From Alphaproteobacteria bacterium (GTDB lineage Bacteria; Pseudomonadota; Alphaproteobacteria; GCA-2731375): DNA of 64,000 nt. Under the pieces are notes generated by a model that was not told where the DNA came from, did no database searches, and saw nothing but the letters and a program-made list of their open reading frames with translations. Of the stretch, positions 1 through 9,023 are shown piece by piece. Every line of letters starts with the position of its first letter. The stretch's first letter is position 1. A program made the translations under genes and the position numbers. Where the stretch lies: positions 4,512,001 through 4,576,000 of the forward strand of contig CBDDPY010000002.1 of NCBI GenBank assembly GCA_965232515.1. The letters run 5' to 3'.

Positions 1-2288
1 TCATGCGCCGCCAGCGCCGCCATGTTGACGAGGTCGGTCGCCGTGGCGCCCATATCGACGATCTGTACCGGTTTCGACAGGCCAACCAGGATTGGCCCGA
101 TGACGACGCCACCGCCCAACTCCTGGATCAGCTTCGGCGAAATATTCGCCGAATGCAGGGCCGGAAAGATCAGCACGTTGGCGGCTCCCGACAGCCGTGA
201 GAACGGATAGATGTCTCGCAGGTCGGGGTTCAGCGCGACGTCGGGCGACATTTCGCCGTCATACTCGAAATCCACCGTCCGGCTGTCCAGCAGCGATACC
301 GCGTCGCGCACACGCTGGGCCGTGTCCCACATCGGGTTGCCGAAGTTGGAGTAAGACAGCATGGCGACGCGCGGCTCGTGGCCCAGGCGCCGCGCCTCGT
401 GCGCGGTCTGAACGGCGATGTCGGCCAGCTCCACCGCGGTCGGCAGCTCATGTACGGTGGTGTCGGCCACCAGCACGGTGTGTCCGCGGGCGATGATGAT
501 CGACATGCCGAACAGGCGTCGTCCCGGCTTCGTATCGATTACCCGGCGCACTTCCTCGGTGACCACGTTGTAGCTGCGGGTCAGGCCGCTGACCATGCCG
601 TCGGCGTCACCCAGCTCGACCATGCAGGCCGCGAAGATATTGCGGTCCTGGTTGACCATGCGCTGGCAATCGCGGCGCAGCACGCCGCGGCGTTGCAGGC
701 GTTCGTACAGGAAGTCGGTGTAGCGCTGGTTGTGGTGACTGATCCGGGCATTGTGGATTTCCAGGCCCTCGGCGTTCTGCACGCCGATCGCCGCCATGGT
801 TTCCTGGATGCGATGCTCGCGCCCGACCAGGACAGGCGTGCCGTAGCCGGAATCGCGGTAGCTCATGGCGGCCCGAATGACCGGCTCCTCCTCGCCCTCG
901 GCGAAGACGATGCGTTTCGGATTGGCCCGGACCTGGTCGAAGATCAGCTGCAGCGAGCTCGCCGTCGGGTCGAGCCGGGCCTGCAGCTCGACATGGTAGG
1001 CGGCCTCGTCATCGATTTTGCGCTGCGCGACGCCGGTCTCGATCGCGGCCTTGGCCACGGCCATGGGCACATAGCTGATCAGTCGCGGATCGAACGGCGC
1101 CGGAATGATGTATTGCGGGCCGTATTGCATGCGGTTGCCGCCATAGGCCGCGGCGACTTCGTCCGGCACGTCCTGCCGCGCCAGCTCGGCCAACGCGCGG
1201 GCCGCGGCGACCTTCATCTCGTTGTTGATCGTGGTGGCCCGCACGTCCAGCGCGCCGCGGAAGATGTATGGGAATCCGAGTACGTTGTTGACCTGGTTCG
1301 GATAGTCCGAACGTCCGGTGGCGACGATCGCGTCGCCGCGCACGTCCGCGACCTCCTCGGGCGTGACCTCGGGGTCCGGATTGGCCATGGCGAAGATGAT
1401 CGGCTTGCTCGCCATCGACGACACCATGTCGCGGTCGACCGCGCCCTTGACCGACAGACCGAAGAACGCGTCGGCGCCGGCCAGCGCCTCGGCAAGCGTG
1501 CGCGCGTCGGTCTCGACGGCATGTGCCGACTTCCACTGGTTCATGCCGGCTTCGCGGCCGCGATAGATCACACCGCGCGTGTCGCACATGACCACGTTGT
1601 GGGGTGGAAAGCCCATGGCCTTCAACAATTCGGCGCAGGCAACGCCGGCCGAGCCGGCGCCGTTGATCACCAGTCGGGTCGCATCCATGCTGCGGCCGGT
1701 CAGGTCCATCGCGTTGATCAGGCCGGCGGCGGCGATGATCGCCGTGCCGTGCTGGTCGTCGTGGAAGATCGGGATGTCCATCAGCTCGCGCAGACGCTCC
1801 TCGATGATGAAGCAGTCCGGCGCCCGGATGTCTTCCAGATTGATGCCGCCGAAGCTGGGCCCCAGGAAGCGCACGCAGTTGACGAACTCGTCGACGTCCT
1901 CGGTATCGATCTCCAGATCGATGGAGTCGACGTCGGCGAACCGCTTGAACAGCACGGCCTTGCCTTCCATCACCGGCTTGCCGCCAAGCGCGCCGATATT
2001 GCCGAGGCCGAGCACCGCGGTGCCGTTCGAGATCACGGCGACCATATTGCCCCTGCTGGTGTAGTCGTAGGCGAGCGCTGGATCGTCCTCGATGCGCAGG
2101 CAGGGCGCGGCGACGCCCGGCGAGTAGGCGAGCGACAGATCGCGCTGTGTCGCCATCGGCTTGGTCGGCGTGATCTCCAGCTTGCCCGGCCGGCCCATGG
2201 CATGGAAGTGAAGCGCCTCCTCGTTCGTATAGTCGTTCTTGTTGTTCTTCTTCTTGGCGCCTGATTTCGGTTTTGATCGATCGCTCAT
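1..2288 (-). CDS. maeB: NADP-dependent malic enzyme (malic enzyme + phosphotransacetylase-like domain); last codons run off the window edge
   Basis: Manual reverse translation from ATG at 2288 gives MSDRSKPK...EEALHFHAMGRPGKLEI, with SLAYSPGVA and HDDQHGTA motifs. No stop before position 1, which is why it is missing from the ORF track. Confidence 0.93.
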   Translation of the reverse strand, partial: MSDRSKPKSGAKKKNNKNDYTNEEALHFHAMGRPGKLEITPTKPMATQRDLSLAYSPGVAAPCLRIEDDPALAYDYTSRGNMVAVISNGTAVLGLGNIGALGGKPVMEGKAVLFKRFADVDSIDLEIDTEDVDEFVNCVRFLGPSFGGINLEDIRAPDCFIIEERLRELMDIPIFHDDQHGTAIIAAAGLINAMDLTGRSMDATRLVINGAGSAGVACAELLKAMGFPPHNVVMCDTRGVIYRGREAGMNQWKSAHAVETDARTLAEALAGADAFFGLSVKGAVDRDMVSSMASKPIIFAMANPDPEVTPEEVADVRGDAIVATGRSDYPNQVNNVLGFPYIFRGALDVRATTINNEMKVAAARALAELARQDVPDEVAAAYGGNRMQYGPQYIIPAPFDPRLISYVPMAVAKAAIETGVAQRKIDDEAAYHVELQARLDPTASSLQLIFDQVRANPKRIVFAEGEEEPVIRAAMSYRDSGYGTPVLVGREHRIQETMAAIGVQNAEGLEIHNARISHHNQRYTDFLYERLQRRGVLRRDCQRMVNQDRNIFAACMVELGDADGMVSGLTRSYNVVTEEVRRVIDTKPGRRLFGMSIIIARGHTVLVADTTVHELPTAVELADIAVQTAHEARRLGHEPRVAMLSYSNFGNPMWDTAQRVRDAVSLLDSRTVDFEYDGEMSPDVALNPDLRDIYPFSRLSGAANVLIFPALHSANISPKLIQELGGGVVIGPILVGLSKPVQIVDMGATATDLVNMAALAAH

Positions 2289-2425
2289 GGCATTATGGCG
2301 GGTTGCCCCGCCATTCCCTCGAAACGCTGCTGCCCGACCCAGCGGACGTCGCCTGCTGTTTTGCGGCTAGTGGCCGTGTGGCCAAGACCCTCCACGAGGA
2401 TCGAAGGCTAGCACACTTCATCGGC

Positions 2426-2454
2426 TTGCCCAGTGCCGATCTGGCTGCGATAAC
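2426..2454 (+). promoter_or_regulatory. Putative sigma70 promoter of mutS (probably leaderless transcript)
   Basis: TTGCCC-N17-GATAAC (GCGATAAC extended -10), 8 nt before the ATG at 2463; no Shine-Dalgarno. Confidence 0.5.
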
Positions 2455-2462
2455 CTCGCCCG

Positions 2463-5141
2463 ATGACCGCCGCGACCGTCGATAAGAACGTCACGCCGAT
2501 GATGGCGCAATACCTCGCCATCAAGTCGGCGCACGACGACTGTCTGCTGTTCTATCGGATGGGCGATTTCTACGAATTGTTCTTCGATGACGCGGTGCAG
2601 GCGGCCGAGGCACTCGACATTACGCTGACCAAGCGCGGCCGGCACAACGGCGGCGACATCCCCATGTGCGGCGTGCCGGTGCACGCGGCCGAAACCTATC
2701 TGTCGCGGCTTATCCGCAAGGGCTTCCGCGTCGCCGTCTGCGAACAGACCGAGGATCCGGCCGCCGCCAAGAAACGCGGCGCCAAATCGGTGGTGCGACG
2801 CGAGGTCGTTCGTCTGGTCACGCCCGGCACGCTGACCGAGGACGCGCTGCTCGACGCCCGCGCGCACAATTATCTGGCGGCGGTCGCCCGGGCCCAGGAT
2901 CGGCTGGCGCTGGCCTGGCTCGACATGTCGACGGGCGATTTTTCGCTTGGCCAGACGGATGCCAATGCGCTTGCCGCAGACCTCGCGCGGCTCGATCCGG
3001 TCGAGGTCCTGGTCGCCGACAACATTGTTGCCGCGCCGCCCTACGATGCCGCGCTCGCCGACTGGCAGGCCGTGCTGACACCGCAACCGGCGGCGCGCTT
3101 CGACAGCCAGGCGGGCGAGCGGCGCCTGAAGGAATTGTTCAACGTCGCGGCCCTCGATGGCTTCGGCAGCTTCGGCCGGGCCGAACTTGCGGCGGCGGGG
3201 GCGTTGGTCACCTATGTCGAGCTGACCCAAAAGGGCCGGCTGCCGCGGCTGAAGCCGCCGGTGTCAATCGCCGCCGGTGCGGTGATGGCCATCGACGGCG
3301 CCACCCGACGCAATCTCGAGCTGACCCGGACCCTGTCGGGCGACCGCACGGGCAGCCTGTTGAGCGTGGTCGACCGTACCGTGACCGGCAGCGGCGCCCG
3401 CCTGCTGGCGGCCTGGCTGAGCGCGCCGCTGGCCGATCCGGCGGCGATCAACCGGCGGCTCGATATGGTTCAGTATTTCAAAGACGATGCCGGCCTGCGC
3501 GACGATCTGCGCCGGGCGCTGCGACGGGCGCCTGATGTCGAGCGGGCGCTGATGCGGCTGACGCTCGGACGCGGCGGACCACGGGATCTGGCCGCCGTGC
3601 GCGAGGGCTTGCGGATCGCCGGCGAGGTTCGCGACCGGTTGGCGCATGCCGGCCTGGCGCCGCCACCGGCCGGCGTCGCCGAGGCGGTCGACGGTTTGGA
3701 CGGCCATACGGCGCTGATCGGCCTGTTGGATGCGGCGTTGGCGGACGAGTTGCCGTTGTCGGCGCGGGACGGCGGCTTTGTCGCCGCCGGCTATGACGCC
3801 GGCCTGGACGAGCAGCGGGCGCTTCGTGACAAAAGCCGCCGCCTGATCGCCGGCCTCGAAAACCGATACCGCGAGCAGTCCGGGATCGATGCGTTGAAAG
3901 TCCGTCACAACAATGTGCTCGGCTACTACCTTGAGGTCTCGGCCCGGCGGGCCGAGCCGCTGACCACGGCGCCGCTGAACGAGACTTTTATCCATCGCCA
4001 GACAATGGCGAACGCCATGCGGTTTTCGACCACCGAGCTTGCGGAACTGGAAGATCGCATCGGCCGGGCCGCGGATCGGGCGCTGGCGCTTGAGGCCGAG
4101 ATATTCGAGCATCTGGTCGGCGAGGTTGCGGCGGTGGCCGACGCCGTGGCCCGCACCGCGCAGTCGCTGGCCCGACTAGACGTCGCCGCGGCGAATGCCG
4201 AGCTGGCGGCGGTGCAGCGCCATGTGCGGCCCGATGTCGACGACACGACAGCGTTTCGCATCGATGCCGGCCGGCATCCCGTTGTCGAAGCGGCGTTGGC
4301 GGCACGGCGGGAGGGCCCGTTCGTCGCCAACGACTGCGACCTTGACCGCGCCCGCCGCGTTTGGCTGCTGACCGGGCCGAATATGGCGGGCAAAAGCACG
4401 TTCCTGCGCCAGAACGCCCTGATCGCGGTATTGGCGCAAAGCGGCGCCTTCGTGCCCGCCGCATCCGCCCATATCGGTGTCGTCGACCGGCTGTTCAGCC
4501 GGGTCGGCGCCGCAGACGATCTGGCGCGCGGCCGTTCCACTTTCATGGTCGAGATGATCGAGACGGCGGCGATCCTGAACCAGGCCGGCCCGCGCTCGCT
4601 GGTGATCCTGGACGAGATCGGACGCGGCACCGCGACCTTCGACGGCCTCTCGATCGCCTGGGCGACGATCGAGCACTTGCATGAGGTGAACGCGTGCCGG
4701 GCGCTGTTCGCGACGCATTATCATGAGCTGACGGCGTTGTCGGGCAAGCTCGACGGCCTGACAACTCGGACCATGCGCGTCAAGGAATGGGAAGGCGACG
4801 TCGTGTTCCTGCACGAAGTGGCCCAGGGGGCGGCCGACCGGTCCTATGGCATTCAGGTGGCCAAACTGGCCGGCTTGCCAGAGGCGGTCCTGGCCCGCGC
4901 CGAAGAGGTGCTGGCGGCGCTGGAGCGCGGCGAAACCAGTGGCGAGGCGGCCGCGGCGCGGTTGGCCGACGATCTGCCGCTGTTCAGCGCGGCCCGCCCG
5001 GCGGCGGGAACGACAAGCAGAAAACCCTCTTTGGTTGAACAGACGCTGGCGGAAATCAGACCTGACGAACTGTCGCCACGCCAAGCGTTGGAACTGATTT
5101 ACCAACTGAAATCGCTTGTAGAAGACGAGTCGAACTGTTAA
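2463..5141 (+). CDS. mutS: DNA mismatch repair protein MutS
   Basis: [16 protein letters not shown], Walker [25 protein letters not shown]; 892 aa. Confidence 0.98.
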   Translation: MTAATVDKNVTPMMAQYLAIKSAHDDCLLFYRMGDFYELFFDDAVQAAEALDITLTKRGRHNGGDIPMCGVPVHAAETYLSRLIRKGFRVAVCEQTEDPAAAKKRGAKSVVRREVVRLVTPGTLTEDALLDARAHNYLAAVARAQDRLALAWLDMSTGDFSLGQTDANALAADLARLDPVEVLVADNIVAAPPYDAALADWQAVLTPQPAARFDSQAGERRLKELFNVAALDGFGSFGRAELAAAGALVTYVELTQKGRLPRLKPPVSIAAGAVMAIDGATRRNLELTRTLSGDRTGSLLSVVDRTVTGSGARLLAAWLSAPLADPAAINRRLDMVQYFKDDAGLRDDLRRALRRAPDVERALMRLTLGRGGPRDLAAVREGLRIAGEVRDRLAHAGLAPPPAGVAEAVDGLDGHTALIGLLDAALADELPLSARDGGFVAAGYDAGLDEQRALRDKSRRLIAGLENRYREQSGIDALKVRHNNVLGYYLEVSARRAEPLTTAPLNETFIHRQTMANAMRFSTTELAELEDRIGRAADRALALEAEIFEHLVGEVAAVADAVARTAQSLARLDVAAANAELAAVQRHVRPDVDDTTAFRIDAGRHPVVEAALAARREGPFVANDCDLDRARRVWLLTGPNMAGKSTFLRQNALIAVLAQSGAFVPAASAHIGVVDRLFSRVGAADDLARGRSTFMVEMIETAAILNQAGPRSLVILDEIGRGTATFDGLSIAWATIEHLHEVNACRALFATHYHELTALSGKLDGLTTRTMRVKEWEGDVVFLHEVAQGAADRSYGIQVAKLAGLPEAVLARAEEVLAALERGETSGEAAAARLADDLPLFSAARPAAGTTSRKPSLVEQTLAEIRPDELSPRQALELIYQLKSLVEDESNC

Positions 5142-5283
5142 TCGGTCACCGCGTGTTCGTTCCTTGTTTGGTCTCAATTCATGAAATTTCGTCCTGAAAA
5201 ATTTTGTATCTACTCCGACTCGTAATTATTTCCCCGGTGAACTATCCTATGTACCGAGAGGGAGAGCGAAATAGGACGCGGTC

Positions 5284-5808
5284 ATGAGAGCGACGGCCCT
5301 GGTCCTGGCGCTGGCTCTGACGGGGTGCTTGCAGACGGATACGCCTACGGCGCAGGTCGCGGAACCGCCACCTGCCGATCCGCCGCGCGCGGTTATATTG
5401 GCGTTGCCGGAACCGGAGCTCGAGGCGCAAAAACCGCCGAAGGCGCCGCTACCTCGCGTGAAACCAGCACAGCCCGAGACAGGCGAGCAGGACGCGACCG
5501 AGGAGGTCGTGATCGCCGATTCCGCGACCGCCGCCCTGCAGCCGCAGCCTGCCGAGTTGATCGGCCTGGAACCGACCCAAACGGTCGCGGTGCTGGGCGA
5601 ACCCTCGCTAAGACTTCAGGATCCACCAGCCCAGGTGTGGCAGTACAATGCCACTGAATGCACACTGCGACTGCACTTCTATCGGGACATAATTACGCAA
5701 CAGTTCCGGGCTCTGTCCTACGAAATCGAGAATACCGATACGGAGAACGTGGATGCCGAACGCCGCTGCCTTAACGACATCATTTCCGGGCGACGAGCAC
5801 AATCCTGA
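5284..5808 (+). CDS. Putative lipoprotein with Pro-rich linker and small BamE/SmpA-like C-terminal domain
   Basis: Signal peptide MRATALVLALALTGC with lipobox LTGC; C-terminal LIGL...VLGEP...VWQY...C..FY pattern. Confidence 0.7.
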   Translation: MRATALVLALALTGCLQTDTPTAQVAEPPPADPPRAVILALPEPELEAQKPPKAPLPRVKPAQPETGEQDATEEVVIADSATAALQPQPAELIGLEPTQTVAVLGEPSLRLQDPPAQVWQYNATECTLRLHFYRDIITQQFRALSYEIENTDTENVDAERRCLNDIISGRRAQS

Positions 5809-6565
5809 ACCCGCGCAGGACAGCGCCGACATTCACGTCGTCCTGGTCGATGACGACGCGCTGTTCCGTGAGTCGCTGGGCCTGAACCTCGTCGACAGCG
5901 GATTCACGCTGAGCGAATTCAGCAACGGCGCCGACGCGCTCGATTATTTCGCCCAAGGCGGACGCGCCGACGTGATTCTGCTGGACTGGCGCATGCCGGG
6001 CCTGGACGGTCTGGAAGTGCTGCGCCGACTGCGCGAAGGCCGCATCGAGATTCCGGTGATCTTCCTGACCGTGATCGACGACGAGATCTACGAGGAAGCG
6101 GCGCTGGAAGGCGGCGCCGTCGATTTCATCGAGAAATCACGCCGCCTGTCGATTCTGATCAAACGCATTCAATTGATTGTCGAGGGCCGCAAATCCGCCG
6201 GCGAGGACGAGGAATTCGGCATCGCCGATGCCGCGATGCAAGGACAGGTGCAAAAATGGGGGGAACTGGAGCTCGACCACGAGTCCAAGCGTGCGCGTTG
6301 GCGCGGACAACCGGTCGGACTGACGTTAACGGAATTCAATATCGTCGCCAGCCTGGCCGAGAAGGCCGGCGTCGACGTGTCCTATCGCGAGATATACGAT
6401 CAAGTGCATACGCAGGGCTTCGTCGCGGGCACCGGGCCGGACGGTTATCGCGTAAACGTCCGCACCTTCATCAAGCGGATACGCGGTAAATTCAAACAGA
6501 TCGATGCAGGATTCGATCAGATTGAGAACTACGCCGGATTTGGCTACCGCTGGCGAGCCGACTGA
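5753..6565 (+). CDS. OmpR-family response regulator, ChvI-like paralog
   Basis: REC (VLVDDD, LLDWRMP, IFLT) plus winged helix ending IKRIRGKFKQIDAGFDQIENYAGFGYRW, similar to the ChvI C-terminus; GGAG 7 nt upstream of the ATG. Confidence 0.9.
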   Translation: MPNAAALTTSFPGDEHNPEPAQDSADIHVVLVDDDALFRESLGLNLVDSGFTLSEFSNGADALDYFAQGGRADVILLDWRMPGLDGLEVLRRLREGRIEIPVIFLTVIDDEIYEEAALEGGAVDFIEKSRRLSILIKRIQLIVEGRKSAGEDEEFGIADAAMQGQVQKWGELELDHESKRARWRGQPVGLTLTEFNIVASLAEKAGVDVSYREIYDQVHTQGFVAGTGPDGYRVNVRTFIKRIRGKFKQIDAGFDQIENYAGFGYRWRAD

Positions 6566-8105
6566 GCCGCCCGCGCCGTCTGGCGGGAGGATTCGCCGCG
6601 CCGTCGTTCTCATAACGCGGTCGCTGTTCACCAGGTTATTGCTGCTGGCGATCATTTTCGCGGCCGTTCCGGTCATTCTCTACACGCAGTTTCGCGACGC
6701 TTACGACGAGAACCAGAAACTGCTGGTGCAAAGCGTTCGCGAGCAGGGCCAGTTGATCTCGCGGGCGCTGCGCCCGCTGCTGTCGTCCGGCGAGGGCTCG
6801 AACCGAATGCCGTCGCCGACCGATCTGAGCGAGACCTTGTCGCGCCTTTCCGGCGGTAAGATCACGCTTCGCGTGCTGCTGCAGCCGGCGTCGGCCGCCG
6901 GCAGCGAGGAATTCTACTACGTCGCCGCGGCGCCCGCGGTCACGCCGGCCGATCTTGCCGTCGAGCGCGAGGAACTGGTCCGGCTGGGCGTGCTCGAGAA
7001 GCTGGCGCCGAGTTGTGCCGGCGGCATCGAGACCGCGCTGCGTTATCCGACGCAGGACGGCAGCGAGCAGGTCGTCACCTCGATTACGCCGCTGACCTCG
7101 CCGGCCGGCTGTTGGGTCGTGGTGACCTCGCATCCAACCAGCGTCTATTTCGAGCGCGGCATCGACAAGCCCTATTGGCATCGCCCGGAGGTCCGCACGG
7201 CGGCTGCGATCTACGGGCTGATGGCGCTGTCGGCCCTGGCCCTGTTCCTGGGCGTGCTGGGCGGCTTGCGGCGCTTCGGACGCATGGCCGAGCGGATCCG
7301 TGACACCGGCTCGGCGTTGCCGGCATTTGCGATCCAGAACCGCATTCCCGAGCTGTCGGGCGTCGCCCGCGAATTCGACCGCATGGTGGAGTCGCTGCAG
7401 AACTCCGCCCGCACCATGCGCCGGTCGGCGGAAGACAATGCGCATGCCTTCAAGACGCCGATCGCCATCATGCGGCAGAGCCTGGAGCCGTTGGAGCGGT
7501 CGATCCGTTGGGATGACGGTCGCGGGCGGCGGGCGCTGCAGATGATGGGCCAGGCGCTCGACCGGCTTGACCACCTGGTCTCGTTCGCCCGGCGGCTCGA
7601 CGAGACCGAGGCCGAGCTGGTGGTGCCGCCGCGCCAGCGGGTCGACCTGTCGTCCTCGCTGGACCGTCTGCTGACCGGCTATGCCGAGTTCATCAACGGC
7701 CGCGCCATCGTCATTGACCGGGCGCTGGAGAGCAATGTCTACGTCACGGCCGGCGAGGAATTGCTGGAGACGGTGGTTGAGAACGTCATGGACAACGCCC
7801 TCAGCTTCACGCCCGACGGCGGCGTGGTGAAGGTGGCGCTCAGCCGCAACGGCAAGAATGTTCGCCTCTGCGTCGAAGACACCGGTCCCGGCGTGCCCGA
7901 CGCCGACCTGAACCGGATCTTCGACCGCTATTTCTCGAGCCGCGAACGCGCGCCCTGCCGGCCCAATGGCGAGGACGACGATCACATGGGCATCGGACTG
8001 TGGATCGTCCGCCGCAACGTCGAGGCGATCGGCGGCAAGGTGGTCGCCGAAAACCGGGAATCGAACGGCCTGCGCATCACCGTGACCCTGCCGACGGCGG
8101 CCTAG
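6504..8105 (+). CDS. Membrane sensor histidine kinase, ChvG-like (start uncertain; alternative TTG at 6540)
   Basis: Two TM segments, HAMP-like linker, H-box AHAFKTP, N-box NVMDNA, DTGPG, GIGLWIV. Confidence 0.9.
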   Translation: MQDSIRLRTTPDLATAGEPTEPPAPSGGRIRRAVVLITRSLFTRLLLLAIIFAAVPVILYTQFRDAYDENQKLLVQSVREQGQLISRALRPLLSSGEGSNRMPSPTDLSETLSRLSGGKITLRVLLQPASAAGSEEFYYVAAAPAVTPADLAVEREELVRLGVLEKLAPSCAGGIETALRYPTQDGSEQVVTSITPLTSPAGCWVVVTSHPTSVYFERGIDKPYWHRPEVRTAAAIYGLMALSALALFLGVLGGLRRFGRMAERIRDTGSALPAFAIQNRIPELSGVAREFDRMVESLQNSARTMRRSAEDNAHAFKTPIAIMRQSLEPLERSIRWDDGRGRRALQMMGQALDRLDHLVSFARRLDETEAELVVPPRQRVDLSSSLDRLLTGYAEFINGRAIVIDRALESNVYVTAGEELLETVVENVMDNALSFTPDGGVVKVALSRNGKNVRLCVEDTGPGVPDADLNRIFDRYFSSRERAPCRPNGEDDDHMGIGLWIVRRNVEAIGGKVVAENRESNGLRITVTLPTAA

Positions 8106-8211
8106 CCCGGATTTCTTACCCCGGTCATGGCCAGGTCGTCGGGCGATCGGCTATGCTGCACTGCAAACCCGCGCGAGCAGTGCGCAACCCGGCAGACTAC
8201 GAGGAACCTCC

Positions 8212-8982
8212 ATGCAGAATCTGTTCGACCTGACCGGCAAGGTCGCCATCGTGACCGGCTCGACCAAAGGCATCGGCAAGGCAATCGCTGCGGCATTTGC
8301 GGCGCACGGCGCCAAGGTCGTGATCTCCAGCCGCAAGGCGGACGCCTGCGATCAGGTTGCCGGCGAGATTGCCGCCGCCGGTGGCGAGGTGATCGCCATT
8401 CCCTGCAACGTGTCGCACAAAGACCAGCTGCAGAACCTGGTCGATCAGACCCGGGCCGCCTGGGGCCAGATCGACATCCTGGTCTGCAACGCCGCGGTCA
8501 ATCCCTACTACGGCTCGTCGCTGGACATCCCGGACGACGCCTTCGACAAGGTCATGGGCGTCAACATCCAGGCCAATACCTGGCTTTGCAACATGGTGAT
8601 CCCGGAAATGCGCGAGCGGAAGGACGGCTCGATCATCATCGTCTCGTCGATCGGCGGCCTGAAGGGCAGCCCGGTGATCGGCGCCTACTGCATCTCCAAG
8701 GCCGCCGACATGCAGATCGCCCGCAACCTGGCTGTCGAGTTCTCGCCCGACAACATCCGGGTCAACTGCATCGCGCCGGGCCTGGTGAAGACCGATTTCG
8801 CGCGCGCCCTGTGGGAGAACCCCGATGCCGCCAGGGCGCGGATCGATCAGACGCCGTTGCGGCGCCTCGGCGAGCCGGAGGACATCGCGGGTGCTGCCGT
8901 TTATCTCGCCTCGCGGGCCGGTTCCTGGACCACGGGCCAGACGCTGGTGGTCGACGGCGGGGTCACGATCGGCGGCGGCTGA
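8212..8982 (+). CDS. SDR family oxidoreductase (DHRS4/FabG-like)
   Basis: TGSTKGIG Rossmann motif, YCISK catalytic YxxxK; GAGG RBS. Confidence 0.93.
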   Translation: MQNLFDLTGKVAIVTGSTKGIGKAIAAAFAAHGAKVVISSRKADACDQVAGEIAAAGGEVIAIPCNVSHKDQLQNLVDQTRAAWGQIDILVCNAAVNPYYGSSLDIPDDAFDKVMGVNIQANTWLCNMVIPEMRERKDGSIIIVSSIGGLKGSPVIGAYCISKAADMQIARNLAVEFSPDNIRVNCIAPGLVKTDFARALWENPDAARARIDQTPLRRLGEPEDIAGAAVYLASRAGSWTTGQTLVVDGGVTIGGG

Positions 8983-9023
8983 GGCGGACCGCGGTAGCGG
9001 CAGGTCTCAACGAAGCCAGCGTC

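Noticed and set aside
378-2264. 628-aa plus-strand ORF
   Set aside because: Antisense shadow of maeB caused by GC codon bias; no recognisable motifs.
8127-9023. 299-codon N-terminal extension of the glnD frame running through the SDR gene (possible overlap or frameshift fusion)
   Set aside because: This is the -1 frame of a high-GC3 gene, where stops are naturally rare. The peptide is Arg-rich and motif-free, no slippery site was seen, and GlnD similarity starts near 9024.
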